A DNA stretch of 58,416 bases, counting the filler, from Squatina squatina (taxonomy: Eukaryota), in the NCBI GenBank assembly GCA_031763465.1. It is 3 parts of 3 records of this genome, joined end to end, with 100 filler letters (N's around TTAATTAATTAA, not from the genome) between each part and the next. Parts side by side here need not be neighbours in the genome. Positions count along the whole stretch, not along the records: positions 1 to 25,486 come from JARFOE010000115.1; 2 more parts are not named here. One strand, 5' to 3'. A model generated the notes under the pieces. That model did no database searches and was not told the origin of the DNA. It saw nothing but the letters and a program-made list of their open reading frames with translations. A program made the position numbers and the translations under genes. The stretch's first letter is position 1. Every line of letters starts with the position of its first letter. Shown here piece after piece: positions 11,598-23,689 of the stretch.

Positions 11598-11700
11598 AAT
11601 ACAAACAAAAAATGCTGGAACGCTCTGACGAAGGGTCATCGACCCAAAACGTTGACTCTGTTTTTCTCTCCACAGATGCTGCCTGACCTGCTGAGTTTTT
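11598..11700 (+). mobile_element. Penelope-like terminal repeat fragment containing hammerhead-ribozyme-like core
   Basis: CTGACGA (11625-11631), stem GGGTC-ATC-GACCC, then AAAACGTT; the downstream sequence is shared with 2705-2838. Confidence 0.7.
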
Positions 11701-11862
11701 NNNNNNNNNNNNNNNNNNNNNNNNNNNNNNNNNNNNNNNNNNNNNNNNNNNNNNNNNNNNNNNNNNNNNNNNNNNNNNNNNNNNNNNNNNNNNNNNNNNN
11801 CTCAACCCAAAAGATGCTCCAAATTCCTCTTTGCCAAGGAGAATAGTCACTAGTTAGTCATT

Positions 11863-12380
11863 TTTCTTAGGCAATCCCTCGGGTTCAAGGATGACTTGCT
11901 TCCACTCCAGAATTGTGGGTTCTGAGGTGGCTGAAAAGTCCCATGCGGGATTCGCAAACTCGACCACAAGTGGGCAGATGGTATTTGGTGGGGCAAGAGG
12001 ATGGGATGCTCGTGTTTCCATGTGCTCCGTCCGCTGCCTGCGCTTGGCCTTCTCCCGCCAGAGAAACTCAAAGCGGTCGGTGCCTTCACGGATGCTGCTC
12101 CTGCATTGCAGGCGGTCTTGGGCCATTGATTCCCATGAGTTGGTGGAGATGTTGCATTTTTTCAATGCGGCTTTGAGGATGTCCTTATAATGTTTCCTCT
12201 GCCCTTCTTGGAAGCGTTTGCCATGACAAAGCTCGGAATATAATGCTTGTTTCGGGAGCCTTGTGTCAGGCATGTGGACAATGTGGCCTGCCCATCGCAA
12301 CAGGTTGAACGTGACCAGTGCCTCGATGCTGGGGATGTTGGCCTGAGAGAGGATGCTGACGTTGGTGTGTTTATCCTGCC
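11863..12380 (-). mobile_element. 5'-truncated RTE-clade LINE (3' end)
   Basis: Peptide LRWAGHIVHMPDTRLPKQALYSEL...GQRKHYKD, a frameshifted C2H2 end, an A/AAG-rich tail, and TSD AGTTAG(T/C)CATT at 11852-11862 and 12381-12391. Confidence 0.9.
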
Positions 12381-13169
12381 AGTTAGCCATTAGACAACTG
12401 TCAAGTGTAGGTTTAAACTCTTGCTAAGCAGATAGCAAATATGAGGAAGTCCTTGTAGATGGCATGGTGAACAGCACAACATCCATTAAATGTATTAAGT
12501 GCTATTATCTTCCTGACCACAGCCTAGACATTGTATTACACTGAATGGTGATTCCATGTATATAGCCTCCTGGTGATACCTTCCAGCAACTGTCTTACCA
12601 AGCCTTAGTGTAGCTCATTCGCTATGGTGGAAGGACCATCAGAGTACAGCTTGTAAAGTGCCAGCTACTTTGAAGCTCTAGATGTAGGAGTCCAATATCA
12701 CCATCCAGTTTTACTGATCTCCAACTGCTCGATTCAAGTCCTTGTGCAAACGTGTGGCCAAAATCTGGGTTAGGCATGACGACTCATAAAGTTGAACAGT
12801 CTGAGTTGTGATTCACCATCAGGCTCACAGACCAAGAGTGGCGGCACGACGGATTTGGATGATAATGATATCTCAGTGCACGTCACCATTTTCAGGAAAG
12901 GAAGGGAGAAAGGGGAAGGCAAGAACAAATAGGAATTAAAGATGAGCTTGTTTTATGAATGTTTGAACTTTAAGGAAGGATTCTAATGGTGTATGTGAAT
13001 CAAGACCCAAACTGGTTAAGGTTTCTCTACCTACTTAGAATGGGGAACTTGCTCCCACATGGAGTAGTTNNNNNNNNNNNNNNNNNNNNNNNNNNNNNNN
13101 NNNNNNNNNNNNNNNNNNNNNNNNNNNNNNNNNNNNNNNNNNNNNNNNNNNNNNNNNNNNNNNNNNNNN

Positions 13170-13833
13170 GAAAAGAGTGCTTGTTTCCGGAGTCTTGAGT
13201 CAGGCATGTGGATGATGTGGCCTGCCCATCGCAGCTGGTTGAACGTAACCAGTGCCTCGATGCTGGGGATGTTGGCCTGAGAGAGGACACTAACATTGGT
13301 ACGCCTATCCTGCCAGTGGATTTGTAGGGTTTTGCGGAGGCAACGTTGGTGATGCTTCTCCAGTGTTTTGAGGTGTCTGTTGTACATTGTCTATGTCTCC
13401 GATGAATACAGGAGGGCGGGTATCACTGCTGCCCTGCAGACCATGAGTTTTGGTGCTGGGTTTGAGGTCTTGATCTTCAAACACACTTTTTCCTCAGGTG
13501 GCTGAAGGCTGTACTGGCACACTGGGTTTCATCTTTGATGTCTGCCCTCGCTGAGAGGAGGCTCCCAAGGTAAGGAAAGTGATCCGTGTTGTCCAAGGAT
13601 TTGTCATGGATCTTGATAGTCGGAGGACAGTGTTGTGCAGCGGGGGCAGGTTGGTAAAGGACCTTTATCTTTCGGATGTTTAGTGTAAGGCCCATTCTCT
13701 TGTACATCTCAGTGAATGAATCGACGATGGTTTGGAGCTTGGCCTCAGAATGTGCACACACGCAAACATGGTCTGCACACTGCAACTTGATGACAGAGAT
13801 TGGGGTGGTCTTGATTCTGGACTGGAGGCGACG
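13170..13833 (-). mobile_element. RTE LINE reverse-transcriptase fragment
   Basis: Peptides QCADHVCVCAHSE (degenerate YADD), FPYLGSLLS and QRCLRKTLQIHWQDRRTN, with frameshifts. Confidence 0.9.
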
Positions 13834-13933
13834 NNNNNNNNNNNNNNNNNNNNNNNNNNNNNNNNNNNNNNNNNNNNNNNNNNNNNNNNNNNNNNNNNNN
13901 NNNNNNNNNNNNNNNNNNNNNNNNNNNNNNNNN

Positions 13934-14601
13934 GATCGTCAAATACTCTTTTCCTCAGGCGGCCGAAGGCTGTGCTGGCACACTGGAGGTGGTGTTGGGT
14001 ATCATCATTGACATCTGCCCTCGCTGAGAGGAGGCTCCCAAGGTATGGAAAGTGATCCACATTGTCCAAGGTTTCGCCGTGGATCTTGATAGACAGGGGG
14101 CAGTGCTGTGCAGCAGGGGCAGGCGAGTGTAGGACCTTTGTCTTTCAGATGTTTAGCGTAAGGCCCATTCCCTGGTATGCCTCAGTGAATGAATCAACAA
14201 ACGTTTGCAGCTCGACCTCTGAGTGTACACATATGCAAGCGTCGTCTGCGTACTGCAACCCAATGACAGAGGTTGGCGTGGTCTTGGTTCTGAACTTAAG
14301 GCGAGACAGGTTGAACAGTTTCCCGCTTATCCAGTAGATTAGTTCCACTCCAGCGGGGAGCTTTACAGAGATGAGGTGAAGTGTTGTGGCAAGGAAGATG
14401 GAGAAGAGCATTGGTGCGATGATGCAGCCTCGCTTGACCCCAGCTTGCAATTGTATTGGGTCTGTGGGGAATCCATTGGTGAGAATCACAGCTTGCATTT
14501 CATTGTGGAGCAGGCGGAGGATGGTGACGAATTTTTGTGGGCAGCCAAATTTGTGAAGGACACTCCATAATCCCTCCTGGTTGACCGAATCAAAGGACTT
14601 T
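13934..14601 (-). mobile_element. RTE LINE reverse-transcriptase fragment
   Basis: Peptide LTKSFDSVN...FGCPQKFV...GVKRGCIIAPMLFSIF...LQYADDA carries the RT core motifs. Confidence 0.92.
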
Positions 14602-14606
14602 GTGAG

Positions 14607-14738
14607 GCCACCCACAGGGACGCTGCTGCTGTCTGATCTTCCCACAAATCACCTCCAGGCGGCGTTGCTGCAGCCTGCTCTTCCTATAATTCACCTCCAG
14701 GTGGCGGTGCTGCAGCCTGCTTTTTCACAATTCACCAC
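14607..14738. repeat. About 42-bp minisatellite (2 good copies plus degenerate ones)
   Basis: tcacctccagg(c/t)ggcg(t/g)tgctgcagcctgct recurs at 14649 and 14691, with a partial copy at 14732 running into a gap. Confidence 0.75.
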
Positions 14739-15793
14739 NNNNNNNNNNNNNNNNNNNNNNNNNNNNNNNNNNNNNNNNNNNNNNNNNNNNNNNNNNNNNN
14801 NNNNNNNNNNNNNNNNNNNNNNNNNNNNNNNNNNNNNNGTTCCATGCGATTGTATAATCAGTACAGAGATCCACGAGAATCCTTGGGAGTCAACACCAAC
14901 CCTGTATCTTAAAAGGAAGAAATGGAAATTAATCAACACTGGTCTATTTCTGAGTTGAGAAAACGATCCAGGATCTCGGTCTGTAGTCAGGACACCACAG
15001 AGACTAAAAAGAGGAGGAATGAAAATCAGATAAATAAAGAATTGTTCCAGATAGTTCCAAATATGAATTTTAAAAGTCCGCAGATTATAAGAGGAGTGTA
15101 AGATGCTCCACAGTTTAAAGGTGAATGAATTAGTGTGGAAGATTGTGCAGGGAGTCTTAATATCAACATAATGAGGAAGCAGTGAGTAAGGAAATGGAGG
15201 AAAAAGGGAGCAAAGATAAAAGGAGCGATGATCATTGTGAATAATAAAGTGAAGAGAGATTGGTTCAAGAGTAACTCAGAGTCTCATTCAGCAGGGTCTG
15301 ATGATGATAAGCTCGGCACAGCCATAGTTACATCACATTCTCAGTGGAACGGCTCTGTGCACTGATGTAAGATGATAGGTGTTAGAATGTTTCTATCAAG
15401 ACTTGGACATACAAACATGATTTTTTTCGTTGTAAAATTACAAATTACTATGTACTTCAAATGCTAGATCAGTGATGCAATAAATAAACACTGCAACCAA
15501 TGACAGTCAGATGGGCCACCGTTAGTGAGAACATTTCTTTATGAGACTAATTGGCTTAAATTGGTACTGACAATGATGAGCTGATACATTCTGTAGAGTG
15601 ATCTCCAACAAGACATCCCAATTAATACGTGTCAACTGTACTTATAAGATAATCTGACATTTATAATGAATTATAATGAATTACCAGTCAGTTAATTAAT
15701 GGATGTTTTACGCACATGCCTGTGTCTTACTCTGAGAGGGTCTCTTCCAATGTTGGCGCTGTCAACATTCACTCTTACTCAGGAAAAGATCAA

Positions 15794-15866
15794 TCTATCT
15801 ATCTATCTACCTACCTACCTTCTATCTATCTATCTTCTATCATTTATCTCTCTATCTATCTATCTA
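15794..15866. repeat. (TCTA)n microsatellite, imperfect
   Basis: Directly visible tctatctatctatctacctacc run. Confidence 0.9.
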
Positions 15867-17589
15867 TTTATTTTAAAAGGCGTTGTCAACTTAAACTTCT
15901 CATCTCCTGAAGGGAGTGACTTATCGGGACATTTGCAGCAGGAGTTGGTCATTCAACCCCTCAGGCCTGCTGCACCAATCAGTTCAATCATGACTGATCT
16001 GCNNNNNNNNNNNNNNNNNNNNNNNNNNNNNNNNNNNNNNNNNNNNNNNNNNNNNNNNNNNNNNNNNNNNNNNNNNNNNNNNNNNNNNNNNNNNNNNNNN
16101 NNCTGCATATAACCAAAGCAGGAGTAACTGGGCTGCCAAAAGGCGCACAGCAAGACTCCAGTTTGAGGAGCAAGCAGAGTGTGCGACCTACAGTTTTCTC
16201 CAAGTTCTCGTGATTCTAGCAGTGCTACTTCCAAAAATTGATGGGGCCAGTTATGGTACTGGCTTGCCCAAATATTCTCCATTTAGGGTTTCTCCATTAG
16301 AAATACAGCCCATTTCTTCCTTACTGGGCAGAGTGTCCACATTGCACACTCCATTCAGTATACTTTTAAAATAGCATTAGAGTCTTCAGATACATTGCAG
16401 GACTGCCATTTTCAATGAATCAGGCCCCTGGGCCATCAAGAGGAAGCCCCCGGTGAGCGGGGACAGTGAGTAGACCAGCTCAATTCTGCAACTCCCCCAT
16501 TTGTGCTGGATGATGGGGTTAAAATCCCCGCTCACCCCCCTTTTTCCTTCTGAAGAGGAGAGAGCAGATTGAGAGACAAAATCATCTCCTGGGGTCTTAT
16601 TAACAGAATGAGATGTTTCAGAAACCAGCAATTGCAACATTGCCAATGACTCCCAGTGCTGCTCAAATAGATTTGTCAAATGTAAATTCTCCTCTCTTCT
16701 CTATTTAGGGGAACTCAGTGCGATTAGCTTCCTACCATGCCATGCACAGTTCTGTATCGTTAACCAATACCAAATGAAACGCCCCACTTTGCAGTAAGTA
16801 CAATTACAATAACATTGTTTTATCATCAATCTTTCAAGATTAAGTCATTAATTTTCCACTCAAAACCTTGTGTACTGCATCCTCTTATTGGCTAAAAACA
16901 TTATTTGTAATCATTAGCAATGCAAACATTTTCATATTCAATTAATAATTCAAAGCAAAATATTGAACTGCAGCCGAAACAAAACCGCATAAATTGGAAA
17001 CTTCTGAGACTGTCAGTTCAACAGACTTAATAAACACTTCCCCTTAAAACTTGTGTACATCTATCTTCAAAGCCTTGGGGTGGAAAATCCTTCACAGATG
17101 TTCTTGCAAACTAATTTTTAACCTTCTTAAATGTTCCTGAAGTTAGAATATGCAGCAACTAGGCAAAACCATCTTGTAGCCGCTCCTTTCTTTCATGTCA
17201 TATCTGTCTCCCTGTTCACAACAGGTGTCGAGGGCGAATTCACAAAGCACCATATACGACAAGAACATATTTAAATTTGTCAAGCAGAATTCACTTCCCT
17301 TCAATGTCAGAGATGTTTGTTTTATGTAAAGTTAAAGGACACTCTCTTTAGGGAAATGTTATTTTTCACTTAACTAGAAGCACAGAACATAATGTAAGTT
17401 AATAAGTTACATTAATGCACTGCCTGTGGGGGTAGTTGAGGCGGAAACATTAGGAACCTTCAAGCGGCTATTAGACAGGTGCATGGATANNNNNNNNNNN
17501 NNNNNNNNNNNNNNNNNNNNNNNNNNNNNNNNNNNNNNNNNNNNNNNNNNNNNNNNNNNNNNNNNNNNNNNNNNNNNNNNNNNNNNNNN

Positions 17590-18165
17590 TCAGGGCCAGG
17601 CAGCTCTGGTTATGAAAGATTATCTGAAAGCATGAATGGCACAAGCCATTGAATAAGGTTGGGGGGGCGGGGACGGAGGGAAGGGGACAGCAATGGTGCA
17701 ATGAACACAGCCACAATGAGCATATGATAAGTTTAAACATGGAACGTGTAAACCAGAAGGGCATGCAAATACCATTGTTTCCCCCTGCAGGCTGTACGCC
17801 ACTTGCAGCGACCAGCTCCACCACCTGTGGCCTGGTGAAGCGCAGCAATTTGTCGTCCAGACCTGAGAGGGGGGTTACAGCAGGCTTGCCTCCTCTAGTC
17901 TGCTGCTGCTCCATCCAGTTATGTGCGACCTTGCACTGCAGAAGAAGACATATGAGAAGCATACCTGACATAGGGTCCCGCAATACGTGGCCTGGCCTTC
18001 AGAGTGCTGAATGTGGTAGCGGTGCACCACAAGAAGGACAAGCATTTACAGATGCAACCTGAAGTCATTGTGGTGTCACTGGGGCATTGCATAGTTTTGT
18101 CAGGGAGCAGCGGATAGGAAGGCCCAGCACCAAGGTCTACTTACTTTAACTGTTCGAATTAAGTG
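17590..18165 (-). pseudogene. Degenerate Harbinger Myb/SANT-like gene (end of exon 1, 163-nt exon 17773-17935, start of exon 3)
   Basis: Exon 1 end LIRTVK|gtaag at 18145; exon CKVAHNWMEQQQTRGGKPAVTPLSGLDDKLLRF between ag and gt; acceptor gccattcatgctttcag. Homologous to 34546-35744. Confidence 0.75.
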
Positions 18166-18249
18166 TTTAATTTCTTGTGGCATTGAGAGGAGTCCTGTTC
18201 AGGCCTTTGATGGCTGACACCTCCCGGATTTCGACCCACAGTTCCCTCA

Positions 18250-18431
18250 CATAGAAACATAGAAAATTATGGCAGGAGTAGGCCATTCGGCCGCTCGAGC
18301 CTGCTCCGCCATTCAATGAGATCATGGCTGATCATCTAAATTCAGGACCCTGTTCCTGCTTTCTCCCCATATCCCCTGATCCTTCTAGCCTTAAGAACTA
18401 TATCTAACTCCTTCTTGAATATATTTAATGA
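18250..18431 (-). mobile_element. CR1 LINE 3' end
   Basis: Reverse complement of the typical shark CR1 3' UTR (gatcagccatgatctcattgaatggcggagcaggctcgag...tatgtttct tail). Confidence 0.85.
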
Positions 18432-18949
18432 NNNNNNNNNNNNNNNNNNNNNNNNNNNNNNNNNNNNNNNNNNNNNNNNNNNNNNNNNNNNNNNNNNNNN
18501 NNNNNNNNNNNNNNNNNNNNNNNNNNNNNNNGCATTCACTCATGTCTCAATGCCTGATAATATGCATTGAGCAATTCCATTCCAGAGAGACTCAAGGCTG
18601 CTTTCAATGCTGGTTATTTACAGCTTTAACAAATTGCAATTAAAATTGTGTGTGCTGTCAGAGCTCAGGATTTGTTTTCTGAAGAACAGAGAGAGGACGC
18701 ACATTCATTTCAACAATTTCATATGGTTTACAACCAAACCACCAGTTTGTGAAAATAGGATAATATGTTTAACACCCCCACTAAGCTAAACATTAATTTA
18801 TATTCAATTGTTTTTATTGCTATCATTAAGTAATTACATATTTTAATTGCTTCCTTTACAATTATATAACAAGAATCAACGGAAAAGTATAAAAGTCAGG
18901 TGAAGCCCAATGCAATTATATGGGATTTAAAATTATAACAGAGTTATTG

Positions 18950-19132
18950 AATTATAGAATCATTCAGCACAGAAGGAGACCATTGAGCCTATCATGTCTG
19001 CATCGAATCTTTGAAAGAACTATCTAATTAATCCAACTCCCCTGCTCTTTCCCCATAGCCCTGCAAATTCTCTTTTTTTCAATTCTGGGCACCACACTTT
19101 AGAAAGGACGTGAAGCCTTTGGAGATAATACA
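18950..19132 (-). mobile_element. CR1 LINE 3' fragment
   Basis: Shares the 3' UTR stem region and ORF2 remnant (VWCPEL) with other CR1 copies. Confidence 0.65.
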
Positions 19133-20398
19133 NNNNNNNNNNNNNNNNNNNNNNNNNNNNNNNNNNNNNNNNNNNNNNNNNNNNNNNNNNNNNNNNNNNN
19201 NNNNNNNNNNNNNNNNNNNNNNNNNNNNNNNNTGTCCCGTTAGTGGCCACCTGAGGTGCTAACGGCTGGCGGAACAGGAGTGCAATTTTGTCCCCCAACA
19301 TGATCGAGCTTGGAGAATCGGAAATGTCTTTGCGTTACTTATCCTCCATTGTTTGACAGATGATTAACCTCTAGTAGCCAGGTAATAATGTTCTCTGGAG
19401 CCAACCAACCTGCACTGAAATCCTTTGAGGTTTGCTCTTTCCCAAATTCCACCAATAAATGCATTTGTGACTTTAAGCCCCAATGGAAAACTTTCATTGT
19501 GTCTTTAACAAATGGAGGCTAACATCTTCCCGTCTATCAGATTACGTATCAGCAACATCTGGCTTCTGTCAGATTCTTTCATGTAATGTATTTCGAATCA
19601 GATTCAATAAGGCAAAATCCCAAGATAACATTTCCTTTAAACATGTAATAAGCCTTGCAGTTTCTCTCTGTAAAGGTCGATGAAAGAGAAATAATTTTCA
19701 GTAGTCACCTTTAGTAATTGAATTCTGCGAATCATTAGTCACAACGCGAGTCTTCCGAGGCTGCCTCATTTGTAGTTTGTTCACACAAACCTTCAATACA
19801 AAGGTTCAGCTGAAAATCTAAATTACAGACTCTTAATGTAGAAACTTCATAATGGAGCTCAATTAAGCAAGAGTGCAGACAAGAAAACTTATTGTGACAA
19901 CTCCTAATAACAGTTTTTGCACTAATCATAACAATAAATAATTCATACCTGCTGCAAATGACACTCTATTAAAGAATAATAATGATTTTTCAGCTGCTAA
20001 GCTAAACCCCATCCATTATCTTTTACAAAACAGCAATTTGGTAGCTGTAATTAGAAAGCCAGTTACACATTTAAGGATGTAATTAAAGACAATGAACAGT
20101 AAACTCCAAGAATGGCTCGGGAGCCCCCATTTTCTCTTTTTAGGTAGATCTTACTCCTTTCAATATGATGGTGTGGATTTCCAGTACAATATCATTCTGT
20201 TTAATTAACCATTACCAGGATGTCAAGGTATTAATCAATATATTCCTTTTCACTGGAGAAATGCTGATGGAGGGAAAAGCAGGATCCAGGCCCTTTGGNN
20301 NNNNNNNNNNNNNNNNNNNNNNNNNNNNNNNNNNNNNNNNNNNNNNNNNNNNNNNNNNNNNNNNNNNNNNNNNNNNNNNNNNNNNNNNNNNNNNNNNN

Positions 20399-20596
20399 AC
20401 TCACTGTCTGAAATGATGGTAGAGGCAGAAACCTGCATCACATTTAAAACATACTTGGATATGCACTTGAAGTGCTGTAACCTACAAGGCTGTGGACCAA
20501 GAGCTGGAAAGTTGGATTAGACTGGATAGCTCTTTTTTGTCCGGCGCAGACACGATGAGCTGAATGACCTCCTTCTCTGCCATAAATTTCTATGAT
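20399..20596 (+). mobile_element. CR1 LINE 3' end
   Basis: gtagaggcagaaacc...tttaaaacatacttggatatgcac...gctgaatgacctccttctctgc...ttctatga tail. Confidence 0.8.
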
Positions 20597-21024
20597 AATC
20601 CAACTCATGTAACTGGAAGAAAGGGTGTGGCTAACCCCTCTGGCAAATTTCACTCAGGTTCTGCCCCAAACCCACCCCAGATAACTACCACCACTGTATA
20701 AGTGGTGGTAAGAGCTTCAGGAAGGTATATACTGATGAGGCATTTTGTGTGCTACTACTGAGGTTTAGTGTTACTTTGGCTGCATATCGGTCACTTTAGT
20801 GCTTTGGAGGCCAGGATCTCTGCTGCTAGTTACACTCAGCTCTGCTCAAAATATTGTTTTGCACTGGGGACATAGATTTTCCAATGAGAATATCTCTATT
20901 CTTATGCTATGAAGAGGAGAAGGATGAGGATGTGGAAGAGACTAGATTGGATGCTCTTAGAGTCAGGCTTCATGGAAGCTGACTAACAGAGAGAGAGAGA
21001 TAGAGAGATATATCCAGTTATACA

Positions 21025-21660
21025 AGCTGGCAGGGTTCCCACAGGCCCAAGGAACAATTGATGGAATGCATGTGCCACTCAAAGCATTATATAGCACTCC
21101 TTCAATTTTATGAATAGGAAATGGCTTCATTCTAATGAGTGATGCCAATGACCTAATCATGCACATTCCAGGCAGATGCTCAGGAAGCTGCCATGAGGCT
21201 TCCATCATGCAACAATCCACTGTGACAGCCCTCATGACTTGTGGCCAGGTATCGATTGGTTAATTGGTGATCTGGGCTATTCCAAGCAGTCATGGCGGAT
21301 GACTCCTGAATAGACTTCCATAGACAGAGGTGTACAACAGATGCAATGTGGCATGTGCTGCTACAATAGGAATTCTCAGTTCCTGTTTTAGGTGCCCGGG
21401 TAAGCCTAATGGAGCCCAGCACTACAGCCCTGTAAAAGTTTTAAGAAACATTGCAACTTGCTATCTTCTACATAATATCACAATGAAAAAGATTTGCTGC
21501 TTGCATGAGCTGAAGGTGATAATGATGATGAAGAGAGGATGGAAGAACCTGCCTCCCCACAGCATGAGGAAGGTGCACAGGTAGGGGAGGATGTGGGAGA
21601 GGACAGCCAGCAGCCAGAGAAAGGAGGATGGTACTGATAGTCCAGTAATTTTAATAGATA
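21025..21660 (+). pseudogene. PIF/Harbinger DDE transposase (HARBI1-type) relic
   Basis: Colinear motifs across frameshifts: AGFPQAQGTIDGMHVPL, FMNRK, GSCHEASI, WLIGDLGY, WRMTP, YNRCN, TIGILSSCFRC, GAQHYSP, IATCYLLHNI, then an acidic tail. Confidence 0.85.
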
Positions 21661-22649
21661 ANNNNNNNNNNNNNNNNNNNNNNNNNNNNNNNNNNNNNNN
21701 NNNNNNNNNNNNNNNNNNNNNNNNNNNNNNNNNNNNNNNNNNNNNNNNNNNNNNNNNNNNNCTGTTTAAGTATGTGACAGACTAACTATAGATTTCACAC
21801 AAGGCCAGGCAGACACGATACTCCGGCTACACTTACCATTTTAACTCTTAGCACACTAGTAATGCAACTCTTTCCAACACAAAGCCTTTTCTTTCAGACT
21901 CACAGCAAACTATAAAGATGCTCTTGAAACCTCAGATGTTCCTTTTCAGGTTCACTGCCTCAGTTCTCCTGAATGCCTTTGAGAGGCGCTCAAAGTGACG
22001 TCTCTTCCTGCGTTTGATCTTCCCCACACAATCTTCCTCGGAATCCACCTGCACCTTGAGTTACATGAAGACCAGCTTTCAATGACTTTGCATTTAAATA
22101 GTCAGTGTAATTGTTTGAGAGTTAAGGATGGAGTAATATCAAAGTAAATGCTTTTCCCATTACACATCTGCATGTGATCTCCTCGACTGGTTTCAATCGC
22201 ATGAGGGGGTCAGAGATGAATTTACCAGAGTACTTTTTCCCTTATTGACCCTGGGATTTTTCTGGAGTTTTTTGCCTCTCCCAGGAGATTGCATGGCTGG
22301 CAGGGTGTAGGGGTGAGGAGGAGGGAGGAAGTGTTTAGACACGATGCACCGGCCATCATGGTGTTGGGTAGGTTTGATGGATCAGCTGGTCTTTTCCTGC
22401 CTGTCAGAACATGTTCATATGATTGTAAGCTTCTTGCTGGTCAATCACATTTCCCCCCCGGTTTTCCCGTCCCTTCCTGCAGGAAGTGACGGATGTTGGG
22501 ACCAGTTAAATAGGTACTGACAGCCTCCATTACCAACTGCACGTATTCCTTGTGCTGGCAATTTCAATAATCGGCTCATTATCAATGTTTTATGTGGCCA
22601 GAGGAATTCTCCATGGGCTGAGAGATGCATACTGTTGTTCAAATAAACT

Positions 22650-22775
22650 AAACATAAGAAATAGGAGCATGAGTAGGCCCCTCAAGCCTGCTCTGCAATT
22701 CAATATGACCATGGCTGATCTTCAACCTCAACTCCACTTTCCTGCCCAATCACTATATTCCTCAGTGTCCAAAAA
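22650..22775 (-). mobile_element. CR1 3' end fragment
   Basis: aacataagaaataggagcatgagtaggcc...ccatggctgatc, same family as 43533-43689. Confidence 0.75.
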
Positions 22776-23689
22776 CCAATGTAATCTTAAATTTTTAATT
22801 TTGGTGCAGAAATGTAAACAGCAATTCTGTAAAAAATATCGGGAATCCAATCAAAATTCTGTTCAGCGCTGAAACTGGCCACTGNNNNNNNNNNNNNNNN
22901 NNNNNNNNNNNNNNNNNNNNNNNNNNNNNNNNNNNNNNNNNNNNNNNNNNNNNNNNNNNNNNNNNNNNNNNNNNNNNNNNNNNNCACACCAAGTAAACCG
23001 CAGATTTGCTATTTTAAATAGCCAAGAAAGTGGCAAAATAACTGTCCAACAGAAAGCTGACTACGATATAACACTGAGAGATTTGATTTTTTAACAGCAT
23101 GTTTTATTAAACATGCCCATCGATAAGCATCCAAGACCTCATATTCTCCAGTGTTTAATCATTTAGTTGCCCAGAGCAAGAAAGCAGATGGCATAAGAGG
23201 TTTAAAATCGTTAATGTGCCACTAACACAGAAAGAACATTCACATGAACAGNNNNNNNNNNGGAATCACAAGGAATACAAACTGACTCCATGGAACATTC
23301 AAGAAAAAAAAAACTGTTTCATTCTTCAACCAAAGACTTTACCTGAAAGTCACTCCTCGCATTGACACGCAGACAGGTCAAAGGTCAGGTGCCCTTTGTT
23401 TTAATATCAGCTTGAAGCTCACAATAAAAACAAATCATTTCTCTGTGGGTTAAACCTTTGACAAAGTGCAGTCAGCCACAATCCTCACAGGAATTTTATT
23501 CATTTTAATTTCCTTCTTAATTGCATGCTATTGCATGTGAGGTTTAAATATATGTCTGTGAATAAAAGGCATTCAGGGCCTGGTAGTTTCAGAATCAAAT
23601 GTTGTCAAATATTTATATATAAATCTTTTTTAAATGTTTAGAAGCGTGTTTTATATTTAGAAGAGAAATACAGCAGTAATTTAAAACTT

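Noticed and set aside
14607-14738. CRISPR-like array
   Set aside because: Contiguous tandem units with no unique spacers, vertebrate context, and no cas genes.
15298-15370. C/D-box snoRNA-like ATGATGA...CTGA spacing
   Set aside because: No terminal stem and no recognisable rRNA-antisense element.
15572-15660. Second C/D-box-like arrangement
   Set aside because: No terminal stem; such motifs are expected by chance in AT-rich DNA.
19240-19262. CTCF-like TGGCCACCTGAGGTGC
   Set aside because: Imperfect match within a probable TE end next to a gap.
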